DNA of 64,000 nucleotides from Spirochaetia bacterium (lineage in GTDB: Bacteria > Spirochaetota > Spirochaetia > CADAEX01). Positions 47,175-56,367 of this stretch are shown piece by piece. Within the stretch, counting starts at the first letter, position 1. Every line of letters begins with the position of its first letter. The stretch spans positions 1,472,001 to 1,536,000 of the forward strand of contig OY759746.1 in assembly GCA_963662795.1 (NCBI GenBank). The letters run 5' to 3'. Made by a program: the position numbers and the translations under genes. The notes below the pieces were generated by a model, which made no database searches, was not told the origin of the DNA, and worked only from the letters and a program-made list of their open reading frames with translations.

Positions 47175-48529
47175 ATGAAGCGTTTAAATCAGGCTGTGTA
47201 AGAGGTCCTTACCCCCGGCAGTGGGATGCGGTTACTGCCTACAGGATAGGCAGGTATCTTCCTTCATTGCTTGATACGGAAAGTATTGTTATAGGACGTG
47301 ACGCAAGGCTTTCCTCTGTTGAAATTTTTGAACATCTGGCAAAAGGGATATCAGAAAGCGGAGCCGATGTATTTGATATCGGCCTTGTCGATACCCCCGC
47401 CCTTTATTTTGCAAATGTAAAATATGATTTCAGCGCATCGCTGATGATAACCGCTTCGCATAACCCCGCGGGAGACAACGGGCTTAAAATACACCGCGGC
47501 AACGCAGTCCCGGTAGACGGCAAAACCGGGCTTAAAGAGCTTGAAGCTCTCATAGAAACTGCTCCGCCTGAGCCGGCTGGAAAAAAGGGGAAAATAGAAT
47601 ATCTTGATATAGAAAAGGATTATTTGTCCCTTCTCGAAACATTCACGCACGGGATAAAAAAACTCAAAGTTGTACTTGACTGTTCTTCCGGAAGCGCCGG
47701 AAGGTTTATACATAAGATCTTAAAGATGATTCCCCAGGGCGAGTTTATAATTTTAAACGATAAGCCGGATGGCAGTTTTCCTGCACACGGACCTAATCCG
47801 CTTAAAGAATCAAGCCAGATTCAGATCAGGGAAAAAATAGCAGAGGCTAATGCTGATTTCGGCATAATTTTTGACGGAGACTGCGACAGGACAATATTTA
47901 TTACAGGGAAAGGCGATATGGTTATGCCTGACCTTATCCTGCCGTATCTGGCAAGGTATTATTTTATCCACTTCCCGGAAAAAAAGAAAGGGGACGACGG
48001 GATAATATATGACCTCAGGTGTTCAAGCAATGTCCGTGAATATGTGGAAAAGCTGGGCGGAAAGGCGCATCAGTGTAAAACCGGTCATACCGCGATACAG
48101 TCTGCCATTCACGGTAATAAAGGGCTTATAGGGGCAGAGCTTGCGGGGCACTACTATTTTCGGGATTTTTACGGACAGGACTCAGCTTATATCGCAATGC
48201 TTATGTCTTTCGCAATTGCATCAAACAGCACCCGGAAATTCTCTGAAGAGATCAGGGAAATTGAGAAATATGCTTTTTCCGGTGAAATAAACTTCAGGGT
48301 AAAAAACAGTATTGGAGTTCTGGATGAACTTCAAAAAGTTTATACCGCTATCGGCGCTAAAATTGACAGGAGCGAAGGAGTCAAAGCTGTTTTGGGCAAC
48401 TGGTGGTTCCTTGCGAGGGTATCAAATACCGAGCCAGTGCTGAGGCTTGTTGTTGAAGCAGATGACAGGGATACAATGAAGAAAAAAGTTGAAGAGCTGA
48501 CAAAAATAATTACAGGAGAACCCGGGTAA
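47171..48529 (+). CDS. Phosphomannomutase/phosphoglucomutase (paralog 3, divergent)
   Basis: FKSGCVRG, TASHNP, FDGDCDR, AELAGH, RVSNTEPVLR. Confidence 0.92.
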   Translation: MNEAFKSGCVRGPYPRQWDAVTAYRIGRYLPSLLDTESIVIGRDARLSSVEIFEHLAKGISESGADVFDIGLVDTPALYFANVKYDFSASLMITASHNPAGDNGLKIHRGNAVPVDGKTGLKELEALIETAPPEPAGKKGKIEYLDIEKDYLSLLETFTHGIKKLKVVLDCSSGSAGRFIHKILKMIPQGEFIILNDKPDGSFPAHGPNPLKESSQIQIREKIAEANADFGIIFDGDCDRTIFITGKGDMVMPDLILPYLARYYFIHFPEKKKGDDGIIYDLRCSSNVREYVEKLGGKAHQCKTGHTAIQSAIHGNKGLIGAELAGHYYFRDFYGQDSAYIAMLMSFAIASNSTRKFSEEIREIEKYAFSGEINFRVKNSIGVLDELQKVYTAIGAKIDRSEGVKAVLGNWWFLARVSNTEPVLRLVVEADDRDTMKKKVEELTKIITGEPG

Positions 48530-48581
48530 AAACCGCCTTACGGCTGCACCCCGGGCTCCATTAAATAATCAGGAGACAGTC

Positions 48582-49463
48582 ATGAAAAAAGAATACAACA
48601 TAGTATCAATCGGTCATGTGACAAATGATGTGAGAAACATGATGGGAACAAAAACACCGTTTGTCGGGGGGGCGGCTTTCTTTTCTCCCCATGCGGCTAA
48701 AAGGTCAGGGGCGGATGTTCTTGTAATTACCAAGATGGCCCAGAAGGACAGGCATACACTTTCCACCCTTACGGATGCCGGTATTGATGTTCTTCCTCTT
48801 CCTTCAAAAGCAACTACGTCAATTGAGAACATATTTGTCACGGAGGACCAGGACAACAGGAAGCTTAAGCTTCTGTCCCTTGCAGACCCGTTCAGCGCGG
48901 ATGAGGTCCCGTCAGATATAAAAGCAGAGGTTTTTCATATCGCCGCCCTTTTCAGCGGAGAAGTTCCGGATGAAATGATTAAAAGCCTTTCAAAGAGGGG
49001 TAAAGTCGCCCTTGACCTTCAGGCTGCGCTCCGCTACATAGGGGAGGAAGATGTTTATTTCGAGGACTGGAAGGACAAGGAAAAATATCTTCCCTACGCT
49101 TATTATATCAAGGCAGACTCTCTTGAAATAAAGGTAATAACCGGGACCGATGACAGGGAAAAGGCGGCTAAGATACTTTACGGATGGGGCGGTAAAGAGA
49201 TAGTCATAACAAGAAAAGATGAAGTTCTCGTTTATGACGGTAAAAATTTCTATAGAGCGCCGTTTAACGCGAAAAACCTTGACGGCAGGGCAGGAAGAGG
49301 CGACACCTGTTTTCTCTCATACATTACAAGAAGATTCACACACACACCTGATGAGGCAACTCACTACGCGGCAGCCCTTACAAGCATCAAGATGGAGAAA
49401 TCAGCGCCGTTTTCAGGAACTGTCCAGGATGTTCTTGACAGGATGAAGACTCAAGTCTACTGA
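48582..49463 (+). CDS. PfkB/ribokinase-family carbohydrate kinase
   Basis: IGHVTND, VGGAA, LDLQ, KADSLE, GRAGRGDTCF anion-hole motif. Confidence 0.88.
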   Translation: MKKEYNIVSIGHVTNDVRNMMGTKTPFVGGAAFFSPHAAKRSGADVLVITKMAQKDRHTLSTLTDAGIDVLPLPSKATTSIENIFVTEDQDNRKLKLLSLADPFSADEVPSDIKAEVFHIAALFSGEVPDEMIKSLSKRGKVALDLQAALRYIGEEDVYFEDWKDKEKYLPYAYYIKADSLEIKVITGTDDREKAAKILYGWGGKEIVITRKDEVLVYDGKNFYRAPFNAKNLDGRAGRGDTCFLSYITRRFTHTPDEATHYAAALTSIKMEKSAPFSGTVQDVLDRMKTQVY

Positions 49464-49516
49464 TTTTTAAAAATATTTTCCTGTTTACTTCTATAATCCT
49501 GTTCCGGGATTTATAT

Positions 49517-49552
49517 CAGGGGCTGATATTTAAAAACAGCCCTGTCTTTTTA
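49517..49552 (+). terminator. Probable intrinsic terminator of the sugar-phosphate operon
   Basis: CAGGGGCTG...CAGCCCTG followed by TCTTTTT. Confidence 0.5.
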
Positions 49553-49657
49553 TAAATGAACTGTCCCCGTCTTGAATAATTACCTGTGCAGATTTATGAT
49601 TTTCCATGATACTGTTAAGATGAATTTTTCAATTATCAGAAGTCAACAGGAGAAATT

Positions 49658-50587
49658 ATGGAGCTTGATGCGGGGAACAGGATTATTGATAACATGTCGA
49701 AAGTTATTGTCGGTAAAAAGGACGCGCTTGAAATGGTTGTTGTCGCGCTTCTTGCCGGAGGGCATATCCTGCTAGAGGATGTTCCGGGTGTCGGAAAAAC
49801 CGTTATAGGCAAATGCCTGGCAAGAAGCATAAACGGCACATTTACGCGGATACAGTTTACCCCGGATGTCCTTCCCGGGGATGTGACAGGCTTTAATGTC
49901 TATGATAATAAAACCGGCCAGTTTAATTTTCAGCCGGGCCCTGTTATGACGAATATCCTCCTCGCTGATGAAATAAACAGGGCAATCCCGAGAACTCAGT
50001 CAAGCCTCCTTGAAAGTATGGAAGAGTGTCAGGTTACGGTAGATTCAAAAACCTGGATCCTTCCGGTCCCTTTCATGGTGATCGCGACACAGAATCCGAT
50101 AGAACTTGAGGGGACTTTTCCCCTTCCTGAAGCTCAGCTTGACAGGTTCCTGCTTAAAATATCACTGGGTTATCCTGACCCTGAAGAGGAAAATATAATC
50201 CTTCAGAGGTTTCAGAAGGATGACCCTCTTCCCTCCCTGACTCCTGTTTTTACCCCTGATGAGATTATGGTTCTGCAGGGAATGAGAAAAGAGGTGATGG
50301 TATCGGAACCTGTGCGCAGGTATATTACTGAAATAACCTCAGCGACAAGGCGCAGCAGAAAGATTAAATACGGGTCCAGCCCGAGGGGTTCGCTGGGGCT
50401 GATGAGGGCCGCGCAGAGTCTTGCCGTCCTTGATAAACGGGACTACGTTATACCTGATGATGTCAAAAAAGTTTCTGTTCCTGTTCTTGCCCACAGGATA
50501 ATCCTTGAGGAAGCGGTTATACTCGGCGGTGAGAAGCCTGAGGATATAATTAACGGAATAGTCAAAAAAACTGAGGTTCCGGTTTGA
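49658..50587 (+). CDS. MoxR-family AAA+ ATPase
   Basis: LEDVPGVGKT, RIQFTPD, LADEINRA, ATQNPIE, LPEAQLDRF, SPRG. Confidence 0.95.
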   Translation: MELDAGNRIIDNMSKVIVGKKDALEMVVVALLAGGHILLEDVPGVGKTVIGKCLARSINGTFTRIQFTPDVLPGDVTGFNVYDNKTGQFNFQPGPVMTNILLADEINRAIPRTQSSLLESMEECQVTVDSKTWILPVPFMVIATQNPIELEGTFPLPEAQLDRFLLKISLGYPDPEEENIILQRFQKDDPLPSLTPVFTPDEIMVLQGMRKEVMVSEPVRRYITEITSATRRSRKIKYGSSPRGSLGLMRAAQSLAVLDKRDYVIPDDVKKVSVPVLAHRIILEEAVILGGEKPEDIINGIVKKTEVPV

Positions 50588-50602
50588 AGCAGGATCTTTG
50601 AG

Positions 50603-51850
50603 ATGAAGATCAGTTTTAACGAGGTTCCCTCTTCAATATTTTTTGTCCTTCCTGTTCAGATATTCCTTGCCGTTTTACTGGCGGCAGGACTTATTCTTAA
50701 CATCAGTGAACTTGTAATCTTTTCTCTTTTATTAATTACCGTTAAAATTTTTACTTATCTGTGGAGCCTCGCAAGTCTTGAGAAAGTCCAATGCAGCATA
50801 ACTCCTGAGAGATACAGGCTTTTTCCGGGTGATCAGCTTAATATTTTATTGAATGTAAACAACATGAAAATTCTTCCGGTTCTTATAAAAGTAGAACTTT
50901 TTCTCCATCATTCCCTTTCAGCGCAAGGTGAAGCAGCAGGTGGGGAAACAGCTGAGGGCAGGTGGATAAATCTGGAAAAAACTTTTATGTGGTTCGAGGG
51001 ATCGGAGTTTACAGTTAAAGCGTTTCCCTCCAGAAGGGGTGTGTATAATCTTGGCCCGCCGGTTCTTACGGGCTGTGATATTTTTTATTTTAACCGGAAA
51101 AAGAAAAAAACAGACACAGCCGCGGAAATACTTGTTTACCCGTCCGCCGTTAAGATAAAAAAATATAAGCTCCTCGAAAGGGAATATTTCGGCCTGCATT
51201 CAGGAATCAGCCCGGTTAAAAATCCTCTGCTTGTCTCAGGAACAAGGGATTATCAAAACGGGACCCCGGCCCGGAGCATTCACTGGAAAGCAAGCGCGAG
51301 GTTTAACCGGCTTCAGGTGAAAATATTTGAATCTGTAAGACAGGAAAAAGTACTGATAATACTTGAGGTGTCAGGTTTTAAAAAGAGCCGGGCAATATCC
51401 GGCAGTCCCGGAACACATGATAATGAAAATTTTGAAAAAATGCTTCAGGTCATTGCAGCTTTTATCCACTCTCTTCAGCACAGGGGAATCCCCTCGGGGT
51501 TTGTTACCAACGGGGTCCTTAACGGCGGAGGGTCAAGAATTATACCGTTTTCATGCAGCAGCGAGCATCACGCACTGGTTCTTGAAACACTTGCAAGACT
51601 TAAGATGGAAGAAGATTCGGGGAATGATATTACAGATTTGATAAAAAAGGGAGACTACCTTTCGGGCAGCGCCGGCTGCATATGCTTTTCTGATAAATAT
51701 TCCGGTTTGACCATGAAAATTTCCGACTGTCTTCTGGCGGGGAAAATACGAAGCAGATTCGTTTTTACTGAAAAAAGAGAAAATGATGTTATCCCTGTCA
51801 ATGCTGAATACCTCGATGACATTATTATAAGCGGAAAGGAGGAATCATGA
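50603..51850 (+). CDS. DUF58 (vWA-like) MoxR partner protein
   Basis: RRGVY, ILVYP, RDYQNG...IHWKASAR. Confidence 0.88.
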   Translation: MKISFNEVPSSIFFVLPVQIFLAVLLAAGLILNISELVIFSLLLITVKIFTYLWSLASLEKVQCSITPERYRLFPGDQLNILLNVNNMKILPVLIKVELFLHHSLSAQGEAAGGETAEGRWINLEKTFMWFEGSEFTVKAFPSRRGVYNLGPPVLTGCDIFYFNRKKKKTDTAAEILVYPSAVKIKKYKLLEREYFGLHSGISPVKNPLLVSGTRDYQNGTPARSIHWKASARFNRLQVKIFESVRQEKVLIILEVSGFKKSRAISGSPGTHDNENFEKMLQVIAAFIHSLQHRGIPSGFVTNGVLNGGGSRIIPFSCSSEHHALVLETLARLKMEEDSGNDITDLIKKGDYLSGSAGCICFSDKYSGLTMKISDCLLAGKIRSRFVFTEKRENDVIPVNAEYLDDIIISGKEES

Positions 51851-53247
51851 TACGGCCGGATAAAGCAGTTCCGGTTTTATTACAGCCGGTTATGCTTATG
51901 AGCGTTCTCTATCCCTGGATTTCCTTTCTGTTTAAAGCTGCCGGTATAAGGCCGCCGCATTTAATTGATCTTTTTCTGATATTTACTATTGCCCTGGTAT
52001 TTTTATATACAGGTAAAAGAAAAAACCTCAGAAGGGTTTACAGGCTTCTTCTGTATTCTGCCGGATTAAGTTTTACAGTGTTCTTAATTTTTCCCGGATA
52101 TTTCAGTGTAAATATCCGGGAAGGACTTCCTTCCGGCTTAATGGAATTGTTTTTCCCGGATAAAACCTTTAAAGGGGTAACCGCCGCGTTTTTATTTTAT
52201 CTGTTTACCGGGATAATATGGCGTTCAGTGTACGGTCTTATTAATAAAAAACTGAATAAAGATACGGCAATCATCAGGTTTGACCTCGCCCTTGCCTTTT
52301 TTCTTCTGCTTCTCCTCGTTAAGACTATTTTTGTCTATAAGGGAGCAGCTTTACCGGCGGATAATTCTACAGCAGGCGGATTTGTCCTTTTTATAATCAC
52401 CGGACTGTTTTATCTGGGTTTTGCCGGTATGGATCAGGAGGGAAATAAGCGTTATTCCGGTTACGCTAAAAACGCATTTGTAATATCAGGATTCAGTTTT
52501 TTTATTATTTTTTTTGTTTCCGCCGTATTTTCCTTTTTTTCCCCTGAACTTAAGCAGGCGGCGGAAACTGTATCAACTCTCGCGGGCAGGGCCTCGGTTC
52601 CTGCTGAAAATACTTTCCTCTTTTTTATAAGGTTTTTTATGAACAGCCCTTACAGGCGCAGTATTAGTGTCGAAAGAGAGTCCGAAAGCCCTCCGTCCGT
52701 TTCTGTACCGGTCGAAGCACCAGGATCTTTTAATGAGACTGTTTTTTATATTTTCGCCGGACTTTTGATTCTCTTTTTTGTACTGGCGGCAGCTGCTGTT
52801 TTATATTTGATATTTAAAAAGCTGATTGCCTGGCTGCTTGAAAGGCCATTGGATAAAACAGGAAGAAGGTCCTTTGCCGCGGGCTGTAAAGATATTCTTT
52901 CCCTGATTGCAGATATATTGACGCGGTTTACTGAAAAACTGATATCTGTAATTTCCGGCAGGAGAAAGCTTAACCCTGCAAAGAGATATTACAGAAAACT
53001 TTTGTTATGGGGCAAACTGAAAGGGCAGAGCAATTCCGCATCCGAGACGCCGAGAGAATATGCGCTGCGCCTCGGGATAAAGTATCCCCGGTTAAAAAAT
53101 GAGATAAGTTATATAGTCAATCTGCATGATGAATTTGTCTATGGCAATATACCGCCGGGAAAAGATCAGATAAAAAAGGGCAGGCATTCTTTGAAGAGGA
53201 TAAACAACCTGTTAAAAATGTTCAAATTTAAAAGGGAAGAGTTCTGA
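51847..53247 (+). CDS. DUF4129-domain membrane protein
   Basis: Multiple TM helices; C-terminal YYRKL...SETPREY...FVYG. Confidence 0.8.
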   Translation: MIRPDKAVPVLLQPVMLMSVLYPWISFLFKAAGIRPPHLIDLFLIFTIALVFLYTGKRKNLRRVYRLLLYSAGLSFTVFLIFPGYFSVNIREGLPSGLMELFFPDKTFKGVTAAFLFYLFTGIIWRSVYGLINKKLNKDTAIIRFDLALAFFLLLLLVKTIFVYKGAALPADNSTAGGFVLFIITGLFYLGFAGMDQEGNKRYSGYAKNAFVISGFSFFIIFFVSAVFSFFSPELKQAAETVSTLAGRASVPAENTFLFFIRFFMNSPYRRSISVERESESPPSVSVPVEAPGSFNETVFYIFAGLLILFFVLAAAAVLYLIFKKLIAWLLERPLDKTGRRSFAAGCKDILSLIADILTRFTEKLISVISGRRKLNPAKRYYRKLLLWGKLKGQSNSASETPREYALRLGIKYPRLKNEISYIVNLHDEFVYGNIPPGKDQIKKGRHSLKRINNLLKMFKFKREEF

Positions 53248-53250
53248 TGC

Positions 53251-53496
53251 CTAAATACGTCCTGAATTGACCCTTGTCCGCAGTTTGACGCCTGCGACAG
53301 AGCATGCTATTTTTACAGAGTCTGTTACATCGGTTTTTGCTGTAACTTCAATCAAACCTTTGACAGGGGAGACTGCGACGCTTTTTACACCCGGAACTGT
53401 TTCAAGTGCGGTTTTCAGAACTTTCCCGTTAGTGCTGTTGAGTGAATCAATCAGATAAAGATAGCTGTTAACTCCAAACATAACTAAATATTGCAT
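53251..53496 (-). CDS. Small HMA/ferredoxin-like fold protein lacking the CxxC motif
   Basis: LKTALETVPGVKSVAVS pattern; directly downstream of add. Confidence 0.55.
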   Translation of the reverse strand: MQYLVMFGVNSYLYLIDSLNSTNGKVLKTALETVPGVKSVAVSPVKGLIEVTAKTDVTDSVKIACSVAGVKLRTRVNSGRI

Positions 53497-53511
53497 AATC
53501 CGTGATTGTTG

Positions 53512-54582
53512 TCAAACCATGCTCTTTCTTATTTCCTCATAACCTGGTTTGATGATATCGTAAATTATTTCAAGCCGTTCATCATAATGAATGAATGCGG
53601 ATTTTATTGCGTTAAGCGTGAGCTTTTCAACATCCTTAAGAGTAAGTGAAAACAGGGAAGAAGCAATCGCGAATTCCTTTGTAAGGGTTGTGTTGCTCAT
53701 AAGCCGGTTGTCTGTACATAGAAAAACCCTGAATCCGTTCCGGTAATAGATGATGAAAGGGTGCTGCTCAAGTGAGACGGCGGCACCGGTATGGATATTT
53801 GATGAAAGGCAGATTTCAAGAGGTATTCTCCTGTCCCTGATAAAATGGGAAAGCGTTCCCATCTTTACCGCTCCGGCGGTAGTAACAGTCATGTCTTCCA
53901 TAAGCCTTGTCGCGTGTCCTATCCTGTGGCTGCCGCAAATCTGCAGTGCCTGCCAGATTGATTCAGTTCCGAAAGCTTCTCCGGCGTGTACGGTTATATT
54001 GAAATTCTTGCTTGTGATATATTTAAAAGCCTCAAGATGCCTTCTCGGAGGATGTCCGAATTCATCTCCCGCGATATCGAATCCGACAACACCTCTCGAC
54101 CTGAAAGAAACCGCAAGCTCTGCAATCTCAAGTGAATCGCTTTTGTCGCGCATGGCGCATAGGATCAGCCCGTACATTATTCCGGTCTCGGCGCTCCCCT
54201 GCTCAAGGCCCGCGAGAACAGATTCAACAATCTCTTCAAGGTTAAGCCCTTTAAGCGTATGAAGCGACGGGGCAAACCTCATTTCAACATAGACTATATT
54301 CTCTTCCGCCCTGTCAATTATTGCTTCCCTTGCCGCTCTTTCCAGCGCTTCCCTGTGCTGCAGGATACTTACCGTAACCGCAAACCCTTCAAGGTATGCC
54401 GAAAGGCTTTTCCTGTCAGCGCCCCTGTGAAACCAGGCTGAGATATCTTCCGGCGTATCTGCCTGCAGCGGGATGCCGTAGCGGGATGCAAGTTCAAGGA
54501 TTGTGAGAGGTCTTAAGCCCCCGTCGAGATGGTCATGAAGCTCAACCTTGGGAACTGCTTTTAAAATTTGCATATCTATCAT
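53512..54582 (-). CDS. add: Adenosine deaminase
   Basis: PKVELHDHLDG, GFDIAG, HAGE, RIGH, EICLSSN, TDN. Confidence 0.94.
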   Translation of the reverse strand: MIDMQILKAVPKVELHDHLDGGLRPLTILELASRYGIPLQADTPEDISAWFHRGADRKSLSAYLEGFAVTVSILQHREALERAAREAIIDRAEENIVYVEMRFAPSLHTLKGLNLEEIVESVLAGLEQGSAETGIMYGLILCAMRDKSDSLEIAELAVSFRSRGVVGFDIAGDEFGHPPRRHLEAFKYITSKNFNITVHAGEAFGTESIWQALQICGSHRIGHATRLMEDMTVTTAGAVKMGTLSHFIRDRRIPLEICLSSNIHTGAAVSLEQHPFIIYYRNGFRVFLCTDNRLMSNTTLTKEFAIASSLFSLTLKDVEKLTLNAIKSAFIHYDERLEIIYDIIKPGYEEIRKSMV

Positions 54583-54642
54583 ATATTAAGGATATCCCTG
54601 CTTTTTAATTATGGCAATTATTATATTTTAAAGGAGCCGGAG

Positions 54643-55524
54643 ATGATATTTGAGATTGACAGAGATACCCGTCTTTATTACAGAATCTGGGAACCCTCCT
54701 GCGGTGATTCTGAAAATGAATCTGCCGGCGGGTCTAAAAATCTGTCCGGGGCAGCTTCGGTAAATGTTATTATAGTGCATGGATACGCCGAACACAGCGG
54801 CAGGTATGAATATACGGGACAATACCTTTCCCGGAAAGGATTCAGGGTTTTTGCTTATGACCATCCCGGCCATGGAAAATCAGCCGGCAGCCGGGGACTC
54901 GTCAGCAGTATTGATGATCTGGTTTCAAAACTTGAATACTTTGTTCAGTTTGTAAAAAAAACTGACAAACACAGCATGCATGGGAAAACATTCATGATCG
55001 GCCACAGTATGGGAGGGGTTATCTCAGCTTTGTTCGCATCCGGATCAGGGTCTGAAATTGACGGACTTATAACAAGCGGCGCTGCTGTTATGCCTCTTCC
55101 TGATCTTAAAGGGCTGCCGCGGAAACTTGCAGAGGAAGCTTCATTCTTTTTTCCGGAATTAAGGACAATTCCGCTTGATCCCGGAAAACTTTCAAGGGAT
55201 GAAAAGGTTGTTAAGGATTACAAAGGCGATTCCTTAAATTATAACGGAAAGGTTAAGCTTAAAACCGCGGTTGAGCTCTCAGGCGCCGGAGAGCGGATTG
55301 AAAAGCTTGCGGAAAAAATAAAAGTCCCCCTGCTAGTCCTGCACGGCTCTGAAGACATGCTTGCAAAGCCTGATGGGAGCAGACTGCTTTTTGAAAAAGC
55401 CTCTTCCGAAGACAAGCAGATCAGAATATTTGAGGGGTTGAGGCATGAAATATTTAATGAACCGGAAAAAGACTTAGTTCTTGAAACAGTGGGGGAATGG
55501 ATTGATTTCAGGTTGTCCCGATAA
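54643..55524 (+). CDS. Alpha/beta hydrolase, lysophospholipase/monoacylglycerol lipase family
   Basis: VHGYAEHSGRY, DHPGHG, GHSMGG, HGSED, HEIFNE; ATG at 54643 after AAGGAG. Confidence 0.92.
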   Translation: MIFEIDRDTRLYYRIWEPSCGDSENESAGGSKNLSGAASVNVIIVHGYAEHSGRYEYTGQYLSRKGFRVFAYDHPGHGKSAGSRGLVSSIDDLVSKLEYFVQFVKKTDKHSMHGKTFMIGHSMGGVISALFASGSGSEIDGLITSGAAVMPLPDLKGLPRKLAEEASFFFPELRTIPLDPGKLSRDEKVVKDYKGDSLNYNGKVKLKTAVELSGAGERIEKLAEKIKVPLLVLHGSEDMLAKPDGSRLLFEKASSEDKQIRIFEGLRHEIFNEPEKDLVLETVGEWIDFRLSR

Positions 55525-55578
55525 TGATTATGTGAATAATGCTAGTTGTGGTAAAATTCCGAGAAAAGAGGTGCACCG

Positions 55579-55773
55579 ATGAACTGTGAAAATAAAAGTA
55601 AAAATATGAATAACTGCAACTGCAGTTACTCCGGCTGTCCGAGAATGGGGATTTGCTGTGAGTGTGTTTTATATCACAGGTCGAGAAACGAGCTTCCCGC
55701 CTGTTATTTTCCGGATAACATTGAAAAAACATATGACAGATCGATCAAACGTTTTATTAAGATTTATTCATGA
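55579..55773 (+). CDS. Small Cys-rich protein (DUF6485-like)
   Basis: [19 protein letters not shown]...LPACYF...TYDRS; GAGG SD. Confidence 0.75.
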   Translation: MNCENKSKNMNNCNCSYSGCPRMGICCECVLYHRSRNELPACYFPDNIEKTYDRSIKRFIKIYS

Positions 55774-55785
55774 AAAAAAATCAGC

Positions 55786-56367
55786 ATGACAGATAAAAAA
55801 GAACTTTACAGAATAGTTGATTTCATTTTGAACAAGGCGGATGAGGGAGACCTTGAGGTTGTCGGGGAAGCTCTTAAAAAACGGCTTGCGGCAAGAAGCA
55901 GAAGCCCCGGCGGCATTGATATAAATTATCTTGCCCATTCAATGGGTGAGAATATTTCGAAACAGGTTTCCGCATCAAAGGATCAGCTGAGGGAAACTAT
56001 CACCGGGTTTGTCGCGAGGACCATTAAACAGCAGGTTCCCGATATAAGCGATGAACACCTGGAAATTCTTCTAAAAGAGTGGGTCGCCGACCCGGAAACA
56101 AAAGAGCGGAATACCGGCAAAAGACTTCCGCGTGATGTTGAATTAAAGATGATAGACCAGTTCCTCAGGTTCAGCAGCGGAAAGATGCCTCTTGAAGAGC
56201 AGTCCCGCCTGCGTGAAAGCATTCCCGACTGGCAGCAGGCATACTGGCAGAGGTTTACCCGGAAAATAAGGGGCCTTTTGACATTGTATCTTAAAGGCAG
56301 GATAGACAGCGAAACATGCTGGAGAGAAATACAGAAGGAGCTTTTTGATGAGCAGCAGGAGCAGTAA
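55786..56367 (+). CDS. Hypothetical protein
   Basis: 193 aa ORF within a co-directional operon. Confidence 0.7.
   Translation: MTDKKELYRIVDFILNKADEGDLEVVGEALKKRLAARSRSPGGIDINYLAHSMGENISKQVSASKDQLRETITGFVARTIKQQVPDISDEHLEILLKEWVADPETKERNTGKRLPRDVELKMIDQFLRFSSGKMPLEEQSRLRESIPDWQQAYWQRFTRKIRGLLTLYLKGRIDSETCWREIQKELFDEQQEQ

Noticed and set aside
49658-53247. MoxR-DUF58-DUF4129 cluster as a novel system
   Set aside because: A widespread, well-catalogued arrangement with nothing unusual here.
54568-54642. Longer ORF-track starts (54568, 39278, 28205, 43955, 32173)
   Set aside because: These extensions overlap promoters or neighbouring genes. The downstream starts have an SD or promoter and match the family N-termini.
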